This document shows, in pieces, positions 30,464 to 39,792 of a stretch of DNA of 64,000 bases; the stretch's first letter is position 1, and each line of letters starts with the position of its first letter. Below the pieces are notes generated by a model that saw only the letters and a list, made by a program, of their open reading frames with translations, searched no databases and was not told the origin of the DNA. This DNA comes from Actinomycetota bacterium (GTDB lineage: Bacteria > Actinomycetota > Rubrobacteria > Rubrobacterales > Rubrobacteraceae): positions 7,907 through 71,906 of the forward strand of contig JBKPSF010000035.1 in NCBI GenBank assembly GCA_046734875.1, given 5' to 3'. Position numbers and translations under genes: made by a program.

Positions 30464-31873
30464 ATGACCGAACCGTCTACTGGCGAGCCGGATCTCGTAC
30501 CGTGGTCCCTGGCCTGGGACCGTGTCGACCGAGACTTCGAGGACCACCTGGAGGAGATTCGAGACTTCCTCCGGCTTCCCACCGTCTCCGCTTCGGACGA
30601 CGACATGCGCGCGGGCGCAGAGTTCGTGGCGACCATGATCGAGAACGCCGGCGGGACGGCCGAGATCATACCGACGGCAGGACACCCCGCGGTGCTCGGA
30701 CGCATCGAAGGCGACGGCCCGAAGCTCCTGCGCTACGGGATGTACGACGTGCAGCCGGCCGACGAGCCGGGCTGGACCTCCCCACCATTCGCCGCCGTTT
30801 CGGCCGACGTATCAGGAGTAGGACCCAGCATCGTTGCACGGGGCGCCGCCAACTCGAAGGGCTCGCTCGCCTCGTTCTTGCTGGCCCTGGCGTCGGCCCG
30901 CCGGGTCTCCGACCTGCCGGCGGAGATCGTAATTCTCGTGGACGGCGAAGAAGAACTGGGAAGTCCAAGCTTGCCAGACGTAATATCCGACCGGCGCGCC
31001 GACTTCGCGACCGAGGCCGCCTTCGACACCGACCTGACCGCGGACGGGCGAGGTGTCTCGGAGGTCTACCTCGGATGCAAGGGCATCGTGTCTTTCGTCT
31101 TGGCCTGTTCGGGAGGCGAGTGGGGCGGCCCGGTCGGCAGGGCGCTCCACTCGAGCGAGGGCGCGGTGATCTCCTCCCCCGCCTGGTCCCTGACCCGCGC
31201 CCTGACAGCATTACAGGACGCATCAAGAAACAACGCCCTCGACGGCCTCGGACCGGCGACGGTTCCCCCTGAAGACGAAGGACTCCTCGACGACCTTGCA
31301 GAGCACTTCGACCCGGCCACGCACCTGGAGGAATCCAACGCTCTGGCCTACAGGGGTCGGGGCGATGCGCGTTCGCTTCTTACGGCCCTCATGTACGAGC
31401 CGGTCCTCAACCTGAACGGGTTCTCCGCGGGTAGCACCACGGGCAAGACCGTAGTTCCGCACGCAGCCAGGGCTGCACTCGACTTGCGAGTCCCCTACGG
31501 GACGAACGTCGAGTCCGTGGTGGGTGCCATAGAGCGTATCGTCGCGGAGACATCCCCCGAGGTAAATGTAGATGAGATCCAACTGTGCCCCCCATCGCGA
31601 ACCACCGCGAACTCGCCGGTAGCGCGCGCAATGGTCGAGTCGCAGCGCGACGTCGGACCTGCGCCGCAGGTCTGGCCCTCGGCTCCCTGGTGGGCACCCT
31701 TCTACCTGTTCGAGCAGGTCCTCGGGCTGCCCTTCGCCTCGGGCGGCGCGGGCCACGCGGGACGCGCTCACGCCGCAGACGAGTACGCGACCATCGCAGG
31801 CCTGAGGACGCACATGCACCAATCGGTAGCCTTCCTTCACCGCTTCGCCCGCGCCGTCCGAGGCGAAGGATGA
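30464..31873 (+). CDS. M20 family metallopeptidase
   Basis: YGMYDVQP, ARGAANSKG, DGEEELGS, AHAADE. Confidence 0.88.
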   Translation: MTEPSTGEPDLVPWSLAWDRVDRDFEDHLEEIRDFLRLPTVSASDDDMRAGAEFVATMIENAGGTAEIIPTAGHPAVLGRIEGDGPKLLRYGMYDVQPADEPGWTSPPFAAVSADVSGVGPSIVARGAANSKGSLASFLLALASARRVSDLPAEIVILVDGEEELGSPSLPDVISDRRADFATEAAFDTDLTADGRGVSEVYLGCKGIVSFVLACSGGEWGGPVGRALHSSEGAVISSPAWSLTRALTALQDASRNNALDGLGPATVPPEDEGLLDDLAEHFDPATHLEESNALAYRGRGDARSLLTALMYEPVLNLNGFSAGSTTGKTVVPHAARAALDLRVPYGTNVESVVGAIERIVAETSPEVNVDEIQLCPPSRTTANSPVARAMVESQRDVGPAPQVWPSAPWWAPFYLFEQVLGLPFASGGAGHAGRAHAADEYATIAGLRTHMHQSVAFLHRFARAVRGEG

Positions 31874-31894
31874 GACCACGAGAGGAGGCGCGAG

Positions 31895-32698
31895 GTGTGG
31901 ACTGAGCCTTTGGAGTTCGGGAAGCTCACGTGGCCTGAAGTCAGGCAGGCGGCCGATGAGGGGCGCGTGCCCATAGTACCCATAGGGACGCTAGAAGATC
32001 ACGGCTACCACCTGCCCATCGACACGGACGTGATGCTCGTCGAGGCGGTGTGCCGGGGCGCCGCGGAGCGTCTTCCCTCCGAGACGGTGCTCCTGCCGCC
32101 TGTAGTGCACGGCTACTCCCCGCACCACATGGATTTTCCGGGCACCATAACCATCGGCTGGGACACCTTCTGCCGCTACTGCACGGACGTCGCCCTTTCG
32201 CTGGTCCGCCACGGCTTCGAGCGAGTCCTGATGGTCAACGGCCACGGCTCGAACCAGAACCTTGTGGAGACCGCGGCTCGCCTTGCGATGGTGGAAGAGC
32301 CCGAATCGCTCGTCGCCGCCAGCTTCTACCTGGTCTCGCAGAAGAGCGCGCACGTGATCGAAGAGGTGCGCGACTCTGGCCGGGGCGGCATGGCCCACGC
32401 CTGCGAGCTTGAGACCTCACTCTATTTGCACCTCCATCCCGAAGCAGTAGATATGTCTAAGGCCGTCGACGAGCATGGCTATCCGGAGACGGAGCACGCG
32501 TGGATGGACTGGTCAGATGGGCCATTGAAGATCATGCCGTGGTGGTCCTCGTTCTCGAAGTCGGGCGTCCAGGGAGACGCCAGCAAGGCGACTGCGGCGA
32601 AGGGCGAGGCCCTTTTCGAAGCTGCTACACGGGAGATAGCCTCCTACGTCTCGGAACTGCGGAGCTTGCCGATCTCGAAGAGAAAGGATCACCACTGA
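31895..32698 (+). CDS. Creatininase-family amidohydrolase
   Basis: GTLEDHGYHLPIDTD, HMDFPGTI, NGHGSN, HACELETS. Confidence 0.9.
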   Translation: MWTEPLEFGKLTWPEVRQAADEGRVPIVPIGTLEDHGYHLPIDTDVMLVEAVCRGAAERLPSETVLLPPVVHGYSPHHMDFPGTITIGWDTFCRYCTDVALSLVRHGFERVLMVNGHGSNQNLVETAARLAMVEEPESLVAASFYLVSQKSAHVIEEVRDSGRGGMAHACELETSLYLHLHPEAVDMSKAVDEHGYPETEHAWMDWSDGPLKIMPWWSSFSKSGVQGDASKATAAKGEALFEAATREIASYVSELRSLPISKRKDHH

Positions 32699-33648
32699 TG
32701 CTCAAGGGCCACGTCCTCCGTCCCGGCGGAACGATCGGGGTTCCGGCCCCCGCGAGCCCTTACCACAACCGCAGCGAGGTCTTGCGCGGGGTCGAGTGGT
32801 GGGAGAGCAAGGGCTACAAGGTGAAGCTTGGCCGTAACATCTTCGCCCGCGACGCCTACGTGGCGGGCTCCCCGGATGCCCGGGCCGAAGACCTGATGGA
32901 GATGTTCACCGACGACGAGGTGGACGTGGTGCACTGCTTTCAGGGAGGGTACGGCTCCGCCCAGACCATCGAGCACCTGGACTTCGACGCCATCAGGGCC
33001 AACCCCAAACCGTTCATAGGCTACTCGGACATCACCGCGCTGCACACGGCCTTGCGCCACTTTACGGAACTCGTCACGTTCTACGGGCCAGGCCTTGCCG
33101 GCGTCAACGACAGGGAGACCAAGTCATTCACGCAGGAACGTCTACTGAAAGCCCTTACCTCGACGAATCCCCTTGGCGAGGTACCGCGAGATCCCGAAAA
33201 CCCGTACATAAGGTCTTTCGGGGGCGGGTCGGTGACGGCGCCGATGGTGGGTGGTTGCCTGTGGCTTTTGTGCCAGGCCATAGGGACGCCATGGCAGCCG
33301 GACCTCTCGGGCAAGATCTTCTTTTTCGAGGACGTGGAGGCGCCGCCCTGGTACATAGACGGTTTCCTGAACCAGATGCGCCAGGCCGGGATGCTGGACG
33401 GGGTAGTAGGGGTGGTCATCGGTGAGCTCGAGAAGTGCGACTGGCGCGAGGAGCACCCGGAGTGGCCGCAGACCCTCTCCATCGAGGACGTGCTCGAGCG
33501 CTACATCGAACCTTTAGGCGTCCCGGCCCTCTACGGCTTCCCACTCGGTCACGGCGAGCGCCTCTGCACCGTTCCCCTCGGCGTGTCCGTGGTGTTGAAC
33601 GGGGATGACAGAACCCTTACAATCCAGGAACCAGCATTACTGGAATAG
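32698..33648 (+). CDS. S66 peptidase (LD-carboxypeptidase/MccF-like)
   Basis: APAS, GGYG, IGYSDIT, FFEDV, LGHG; start coupled via TGATG. Confidence 0.9.
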   Translation: MLKGHVLRPGGTIGVPAPASPYHNRSEVLRGVEWWESKGYKVKLGRNIFARDAYVAGSPDARAEDLMEMFTDDEVDVVHCFQGGYGSAQTIEHLDFDAIRANPKPFIGYSDITALHTALRHFTELVTFYGPGLAGVNDRETKSFTQERLLKALTSTNPLGEVPRDPENPYIRSFGGGSVTAPMVGGCLWLLCQAIGTPWQPDLSGKIFFFEDVEAPPWYIDGFLNQMRQAGMLDGVVGVVIGELEKCDWREEHPEWPQTLSIEDVLERYIEPLGVPALYGFPLGHGERLCTVPLGVSVVLNGDDRTLTIQEPALLE

Positions 33649-33688
33649 ACCAGCGTTGCTGGAATCGGGGCAGAGGGGAAAGGAGAAT

Positions 33689-35491
33689 ATGCGAAAGATC
33701 GCTGCGGTCGCGGTGTTGATGGCCCTTATTTTGGCGTTGACTGGTGCCGCGAGCGCGGGCGCGCAGAGCGGGTCTGGGGAGGACAAAAAGCTAGTCCTGC
33801 GCATCGGGGACACCAACGACATCGACGGGTTCAACCCGTTCAAGCTCGTGGAGGTACCTTCGTTCGAGGTCATGGACCTCACCTACGACCTGCTGGTCGA
33901 CTTCTCCCCGAAGGACTCTAGTCCTGTTCCGGGCCTGGCCGACTCCTGGGAACACTCCAAAGACGGCCTTACGTGGACCTTCCACCTCAACAAGGACGCC
34001 AAATGGCAGGATGGCAAGCCGGTGACCTCCGAGGACGTGGCGTACACCTTCAATCGCATCCTGGACGAGGAGCAAGGCCTGTACATCGACTACGTCAGGC
34101 AGATCGACAAGATCGAGACGCCCGACAAGCACACCGTGGTCTTTACGACCAAGAACCCCTCGGTCCAGATGCTCTCCATGTACGTGTACATTCTACCCAA
34201 GCACATCTGGGAGAAGGTACCCGCTGACGAAACCAAAACCTTCCCGAACCAGCCGGCCATCGGGTCGGGGCCGTTCCAAGCCGTGGAGTGGAAAAAAGGC
34301 CAGTACGCGCGGCTGAAGGTCAACCCCGACTATTTTCGGGGCCGTCCGAAGCTCGATGAGATCATATTCCAGTTCTACGACAACGACGACACGATGGTCC
34401 AGGCGCTCAAGAACGGCGACGTCGATTTCATCACGGAGATGCCCCTCAACCTGTTCAAGTCCCTCGAGAGCGAGGAGGGGATAGCAACCAACTCGGCCCC
34501 CGACCCAGGCTTCACCGAGCTGGGCTTCAACCTCTACGAGCCGAGCCCCGAGCTGATCAAGGAGTTCGATGCCCCGAAGACGACCACCGGCAACCCGGCA
34601 CTGCTCGACGCACGCGTGCGGGAGGCTATCAACTGGGCGATCGACGAAGACGCACTCACCGAGAAGGTTTTGCAGGGCGAGGGTGTCCCCGGCACCACGC
34701 TCGTCCCGCCGGTGCTAGCCAAGTATCACCTGGAACTCGACGAATCCGAGCTGCAGGGCTTCGACATAAATCGGTCCAAACAGTTGCTGAAGCAGGCCGG
34801 GTGGAAGGACACCGACGGCAACGGCATCGTGGACAAGAACGGCGAGGATCTTACGCTGCGTTTGTTCGTGCGCTCGGAGAACAAGGACTCGATAACAGAG
34901 GGCCAGTATATCGAGGGCTGGTTGGAGGAGGCCGGCATCGGGTTGGAGACCAAGGCCATGCGCGACACGGCCCTCACCGATGCCATATATGCGGCCGACT
35001 ACGACATGTTCATCTGGGGCTGGAGCTCCGACGCGGACCCGGACTTCATCCTATCCGTCCTGACCTGCGATCAGATCATGGGCTGGTCCGACACGTTCTG
35101 GTGCAACCAGGACTACTCGCGCATGTACCGGGAGCAGAAGGAACAACTCGACCTCGACGAGCGGGCGAATACCATCAAGGAGATGCAGCGCATCGCCTAC
35201 GAGGACAACCCCTACGTCATCCTCTACTACGACAACCAACTCGAGGCCTGGCGTACCGACAAGTTCAAGGGCTGGACGAGGACCCCGACCAACGCGCACC
35301 CAGGCCAGATCATCTACACCTTCTCCAACGAGGGCTACCTGAACCTGCGCCCGGTTAGCTCCAAACAGGCCACCGGTAGCGCGGGCGGCACCTCACCACT
35401 CCTCTACATCGGGCTCGCGCTCGTAGGAGCCGTCGTAATCGGGGTGGTCGTCGTTCTGGTGCGCAGAGGGAGCGCGGAGGACAGGGCCTGA
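33689..35491 (+). CDS. Peptide ABC transporter substrate-binding protein (family 5) with C-terminal TM anchor
   Basis: Sec signal, PGLADSWE...WTFHL...KWQDGKPVTSEDV, IGSGPF, C-terminal hydrophobic helix followed by RR. Confidence 0.92.
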   Translation: MRKIAAVAVLMALILALTGAASAGAQSGSGEDKKLVLRIGDTNDIDGFNPFKLVEVPSFEVMDLTYDLLVDFSPKDSSPVPGLADSWEHSKDGLTWTFHLNKDAKWQDGKPVTSEDVAYTFNRILDEEQGLYIDYVRQIDKIETPDKHTVVFTTKNPSVQMLSMYVYILPKHIWEKVPADETKTFPNQPAIGSGPFQAVEWKKGQYARLKVNPDYFRGRPKLDEIIFQFYDNDDTMVQALKNGDVDFITEMPLNLFKSLESEEGIATNSAPDPGFTELGFNLYEPSPELIKEFDAPKTTTGNPALLDARVREAINWAIDEDALTEKVLQGEGVPGTTLVPPVLAKYHLELDESELQGFDINRSKQLLKQAGWKDTDGNGIVDKNGEDLTLRLFVRSENKDSITEGQYIEGWLEEAGIGLETKAMRDTALTDAIYAADYDMFIWGWSSDADPDFILSVLTCDQIMGWSDTFWCNQDYSRMYREQKEQLDLDERANTIKEMQRIAYEDNPYVILYYDNQLEAWRTDKFKGWTRTPTNAHPGQIIYTFSNEGYLNLRPVSSKQATGSAGGTSPLLYIGLALVGAVVIGVVVVLVRRGSAEDRA

Positions 35492-36465
35492 GCCGCACGC
35501 GCTACGTTGCGGGCAAGCTGCTAGGGGCCATCGGCACCCTGTTCTTCGTGCTGGTCCTGAACTTCTTCCTGTTCCGCATCCTGCCCGGCGACCCCGCACG
35601 CACGCTCACCAGGCTACAGCGCTCATCCCCCTCCACCATCGAGGCGGTAAAGAAGGAGCTCGGGTTGGACCGGCCGCTCCCCGTCCAGTTCTTCGATTAT
35701 TTAGGCGACACCGCTCGGGGCGAGCTCGGCATCTCCTACGTCTTCTCCCGTCCGGTATCGGAGGTGATCGCAGGCGCCCTCTGGCCAACCATACTGCTCG
35801 TCGGGGTGGCCACCATCGGGGCGACGGTGATCGGGATGCTCATCGGCATCTGGGGCGGGTGGCGCAGGGGCAGCGCCGTCGACACGACCACTTTGGGCTT
35901 CGGCCTGGTCACCTACGCCATGCCCGAGTTCTGGCTGGGGATGCTCCTGATCCTGTTGTTCGCGGTCGCGCTGGGATGGTTCCCGACCTCGTTCATGACC
36001 ACCCCCGGTCTCGTCGACGCCTCCGCGGGCGCACAACTGGTGGACACGCTGGAGCACCTGTTCTTGCCGGCGCTCACGCTGGTGCTCGCGCTCCTGGGAG
36101 AGTACGCCCTGATCATGCGCTCCAGCGTGATCGAAGCGATGAACGAAGACTACGTCACCACGGCCCGCGCCAAAGGAATGCGCGAAGCGTTGGTTCTCCG
36201 CAAGCACGTCGTCCCAAACGCCCTGCTGCCGGTGGTGACGCTCGCCGCGCTCAACATCGGGTTTATCGTCTCGGGCGCCATCACGGTGGAGACGGTCTTT
36301 TCGTGGCCCGGTCTCGGACAGCTCACGTTCCGGGCCATCAACGGAGGACCAGATTATCCGCTGTTGCAGGGCCTGTTCTTGATGTTCTCGGCCGCGGTGA
36401 TCTTCGCCAACCTCGCCGCAGACCTGCTGCTCGGGCTGCTCGACCCCAGGATCGGTCGGGCATGA
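35488..36465 (+). CDS. Peptide ABC permease (OppB/DppB-like)
   Basis: LPGDP, MPEFWLG, EDYVTTARAKG, ETVFSWPGLG; probable CTG start at 35488, otherwise GTG 35548. Confidence 0.9.
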   Translation: MSRTRYVAGKLLGAIGTLFFVLVLNFFLFRILPGDPARTLTRLQRSSPSTIEAVKKELGLDRPLPVQFFDYLGDTARGELGISYVFSRPVSEVIAGALWPTILLVGVATIGATVIGMLIGIWGGWRRGSAVDTTTLGFGLVTYAMPEFWLGMLLILLFAVALGWFPTSFMTTPGLVDASAGAQLVDTLEHLFLPALTLVLALLGEYALIMRSSVIEAMNEDYVTTARAKGMREALVLRKHVVPNALLPVVTLAALNIGFIVSGAITVETVFSWPGLGQLTFRAINGGPDYPLLQGLFLMFSAAVIFANLAADLLLGLLDPRIGRA

Positions 36466-37379
36466 GCGCCCGGGCCACGCCAGAAGCGGCACGCAATGGA
36501 CGCGCCGTGCGGCGGGCGCGCAGGGTCCAGGCGCTCAGGTCGTCGGCGAGGCTTTTCGCACAGAACAAGATGGGGGTGGCGGGGTTGGTAATCCTGGTCG
36601 TGTTCGTCCTCGTAGCCGTGTTCGCCGATGTGCTTGTCCCCGAGGCCCGCCTCTCGGTGACCAACGCGCCCGGCGCGCCGCTCGAGCCGCCGTCGGCGCG
36701 GTTCTGGCTGGGAACGGATGAGCTCGGACGGTCAGTTTTGGACCTGATCATACAGGGGTCGCAGATCTCGCTTCTCGTCGGATTCCTGGCCACCGGTATG
36801 TCCATGCTGATCGGCTCTCTCGTCGGAATCCTGGCCGGCTACTCGGGCGGCTGGGTCGATGTGATCCTGATGCGCTTCACCGACTGGTTCCTGGTGATCC
36901 CGTTCTTGCCGCTGGCCATCGTGCTCGCCGCCATCCTGGGCCGGAGCCTGTTCGTGATAGCGTTCGTCATAGGGGTTACGACCTGGCCTGCCACCGCCCG
37001 CGTGGTGCGGGCCCAGGTCCTGACCCTCAAGGAGCGCACTTACGTGGAGCGCGCCAGGGCACTAGGTGCTGGAAACAGCCAGATCGTCGGCCGTCACATC
37101 CTCCCCAACGTGTTCCCCCTTATCTTTGCCAACACCATCCTGGTCGTGGCCCTCGCCATCTACACCGAAGCCATCCTGTCGTTCCTGGGGTTGGGAGATC
37201 CCTTCAGAGTGTCCTGGGGCAGCATCTTGGAGGCGGCCTTCACGGAAGGAGCCATCTCGCTCGGCGCCTGGTGGTACCTGGTCCCACCGGGCGCGTGCAT
37301 CGTGCTCGTTGTACTGGGCTTCGTCATGTGCGGCTACGCCTTCGACGAGATCCTCGACCCCAGGCTGCGAAAGAGATGA
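36462..37379 (+). CDS. Peptide ABC permease (OppC/DppC-like)
   Basis: LGTDELGR, YVERARALGA, HILPN, LSFLGLG. Confidence 0.92.
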   Translation: MSARATPEAARNGRAVRRARRVQALRSSARLFAQNKMGVAGLVILVVFVLVAVFADVLVPEARLSVTNAPGAPLEPPSARFWLGTDELGRSVLDLIIQGSQISLLVGFLATGMSMLIGSLVGILAGYSGGWVDVILMRFTDWFLVIPFLPLAIVLAAILGRSLFVIAFVIGVTTWPATARVVRAQVLTLKERTYVERARALGAGNSQIVGRHILPNVFPLIFANTILVVALAIYTEAILSFLGLGDPFRVSWGSILEAAFTEGAISLGAWWYLVPPGACIVLVVLGFVMCGYAFDEILDPRLRKR

Positions 37380-38347
37380 GCGAAACGCTGCTGAAGATAG
37401 AGAACCTGCGCGTCCTGTACGAGGTGCGCGGAAAGAAAGCGCCAGCGGTCGACGGCATAAACCTCTCGCTCGGGGCGGGGGATGCCCTGGGGCTTGCGGG
37501 GGAGTCGGGGTGCGGCAAGAGCACGCTCGCGCTTGCGTGCCTCGGGCTTCTTCCGCACAACGCGACGGTTGAGGGGTCTATCCGCTTCCAGGACACGGAG
37601 GTGATCGGGGCCAGGCCAGGGCGGCTCAGGGCGCTGAGGTGGGCAGGGATCTCCATGGTCTTTCAGGGAGCCATGAGCGCGTTCAACCCCGTAAAACGGG
37701 TGGGGGATCAGGTGGTCGAGGCAATTTTGCTTCACGAGGATGTCTCCAAACGTGAGGCCCGCACCAGGATGCTGGAGCTCTTCGAGCACGTCGGCATCGC
37801 GCCGCGCAGGGCGGGGGATTACCCGCACGAGTTCTCGGGCGGCATGCGCCAGCGGGCCATGATCGCCATGGCGCTCGCGTGCAACCCGCCGCTGGTCATA
37901 GCCGACGAGCCGACGACGGCTCTAGACGTGATGATACAGGCCCAGATCTTGAACCTCCTCGCCCGGCTACGCGAGGAGAGAAACATCGCCCTGCTCGTCA
38001 TAACCCACGACCTCTCGGTCCTGGCCCAGGTCGCAGACAAGGTGGCGGTAATGTACGCCGGCCGCATCGTGGAAGAAGGCTCCGCCGCAGAACTGCTCAC
38101 AATCCCTCGCCACCCCTACACGATATCCCTGGTCGGCGCCTTCCCGGTCGTCGGAGACCCCCACTCCCGCGGCGTCCCCACCGGCCTGCCGGGAGACCCG
38201 CCCGACCCCGCCGCCAGACCGCCGGGTTGCGCCTTTCATCCCCGCTGCCCCGTCGCCTTCGAGCCCTGCGACCACGTAGACCCCGTCCTTGAACGCTACG
38301 GTTCGCGCCTGGCCGCGTGCCACCTCCTCGCCAGGGAGGAGGCGTGA
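37376..38347 (+). CDS. Peptide ABC ATPase (OppD-like)
   Basis: GESGCGKS, YPHEFSGGMRQR, ADEPTTALD, GCAFHPRC. Confidence 0.93.
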   Translation: MSETLLKIENLRVLYEVRGKKAPAVDGINLSLGAGDALGLAGESGCGKSTLALACLGLLPHNATVEGSIRFQDTEVIGARPGRLRALRWAGISMVFQGAMSAFNPVKRVGDQVVEAILLHEDVSKREARTRMLELFEHVGIAPRRAGDYPHEFSGGMRQRAMIAMALACNPPLVIADEPTTALDVMIQAQILNLLARLREERNIALLVITHDLSVLAQVADKVAVMYAGRIVEEGSAAELLTIPRHPYTISLVGAFPVVGDPHSRGVPTGLPGDPPDPAARPPGCAFHPRCPVAFEPCDHVDPVLERYGSRLAACHLLAREEA

Positions 38348-39357
38348 TCGGGGCGCGCGAACACGCCGGTAAGGTGGAGGTGCGGGATCTCGAAGTACGC
38401 TTCACCTCACCACGCCTCTTCGGCAGCTCCGGGGGCGAGGTGCGGGCCGTAGACGGCGTCTCCTTCGAGGTAGAGCCCGGCGAGGTCTTCTGCATCGCGG
38501 GCGAGTCCGGTTGCGGCAAGACCACTTTAGGGCGAGCTTTGCTGGGCCTGGTCAAACCATACTCGGGCTCCGCCTTCATCTCCGGCCTAGACCCGGCGCG
38601 GCTCAAAGGCGAAGAGCTCAGGAACTTCCGGCGGCGGGCCCAGGTGGTATTCCAGGACCCGATGGGCTCGCTAAACCCGCGACAGAGCGTCTACGAAGCG
38701 GTAGCTGAGGGAGTGCGCATCCACGGCCTCGAAGGTGACGAGGGCGAGATCGTCGCGCGAGCTCTAGCCCGAGCCGGGCTCAGGCCTCCAGAGCGTTTCT
38801 TTCTCGACTACCCGCACGAGCTGTCTGGGGGGCAGCGCCAGCGGGTGGTCATAGCCGCAGCCATAGCGCTGGGGCCGCAGGTTCTTATCGGGGACGAGCC
38901 AGTCTCCATGCTGGACGCCTCGGTGCGGGGTGAGATCCTCAAGCTCCTCGTCGAGCTCAAAGACGAGATCGGGATGACCCTGGTCCTCATAACCCACGAC
39001 CTCGCCTTCGCCTGGGCCATAGCCGACAGGGTCGCCATCATGTACCTCGGCAAGATCGTTGAGGTCGGCCCCGTCGGAAAGGTCCTCACCGCACCACTCC
39101 ACCCCTACACGAAATCCCTGCTCGCCGTAACCCCGGAGGTCGGCAGCCGCCAGATTCACGAAATCCTGACCGGCGAACCCCCCGACCCGGCCAACATCCC
39201 GCCAGGCTGCCGCTTCCACCCTCGATGTCCGGTGCTGCGCTCGGGGGAAGCAGGCTCCCAGGAACCCCGCTGCCTGGCAGAGATCCCGATCCTCGAAGAG
39301 CCGTCGCCACACCACCGAGTAGCCTGCCACGTCGCGACGAGCAGGAGCGGCGGTTAA
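38344..39357 (+). CDS. Peptide ABC ATPase (OppF-like)
   Basis: GESGCGKT, YPHELSGGQRQR, DEPVSMLD, GCRFHPRC. Confidence 0.93.
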   Translation: MIGAREHAGKVEVRDLEVRFTSPRLFGSSGGEVRAVDGVSFEVEPGEVFCIAGESGCGKTTLGRALLGLVKPYSGSAFISGLDPARLKGEELRNFRRRAQVVFQDPMGSLNPRQSVYEAVAEGVRIHGLEGDEGEIVARALARAGLRPPERFFLDYPHELSGGQRQRVVIAAAIALGPQVLIGDEPVSMLDASVRGEILKLLVELKDEIGMTLVLITHDLAFAWAIADRVAIMYLGKIVEVGPVGKVLTAPLHPYTKSLLAVTPEVGSRQIHEILTGEPPDPANIPPGCRFHPRCPVLRSGEAGSQEPRCLAEIPILEEPSPHHRVACHVATSRSGG

Positions 39358-39443
39358 CAAAGAACCCTGAGAGAAACCGTACGATACCTAGTCCGCCCGA
39401 AGGGCAGCGCTTTCGAGGCCGTGAACGCCCGGTCTTTCCCCTC

Positions 39444-39474
39444 CGTCATTCCCTTGATAAAGCGGGAATCCACG
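39444..39474. repeat. REP-like 31-bp element, copy 1
   Basis: CGTCATTCCCTTGATAAAGCGGGAATCCACG; 30/31 identical to 44744-44774. Confidence 0.8.
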
Positions 39475-39565
39475 GCTGGGCAAAGGCGTGGGGTCCGCGC
39501 TCTTCGGCAGAGGACGCCATGGCTCACCGATCGCCAAGACCGCCTCGCAGGCATGCTGACATGCC

Positions 39566-39615
39566 GAAAATCATACATTTGAGTGATGCGCCAGTATTGC
39601 TCTTTTTGCGACAAT
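39566..39615 (+). promoter_or_regulatory. Class-2 motif promoter upstream of regulator 1
   Basis: GAAAATCATACATTTGAGTGATGCG, 19 nt, GACAAT. Confidence 0.6.
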
Positions 39616-39792
39616 AGTTTTCGGCAGAGGGAAGAGCAGACCTCACGCGAGTGTGTAGAGGCTTCGAAGCCCACCCCTCGATTGGGCGCTTGATACATGG
39701 GACGGGTAGAGCCAGTAGCGCAACCGGCTACCTCTTGGGTACGGGGGTGGGCCGGTTCTCTATATAAGGCAGATGCGGCGAGGAAAAACGAA

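Noticed and set aside
31895-32698. Mycofactocin MftE
   Set aside because: No mftA, mftB or mftC nearby; generic creatininase family.
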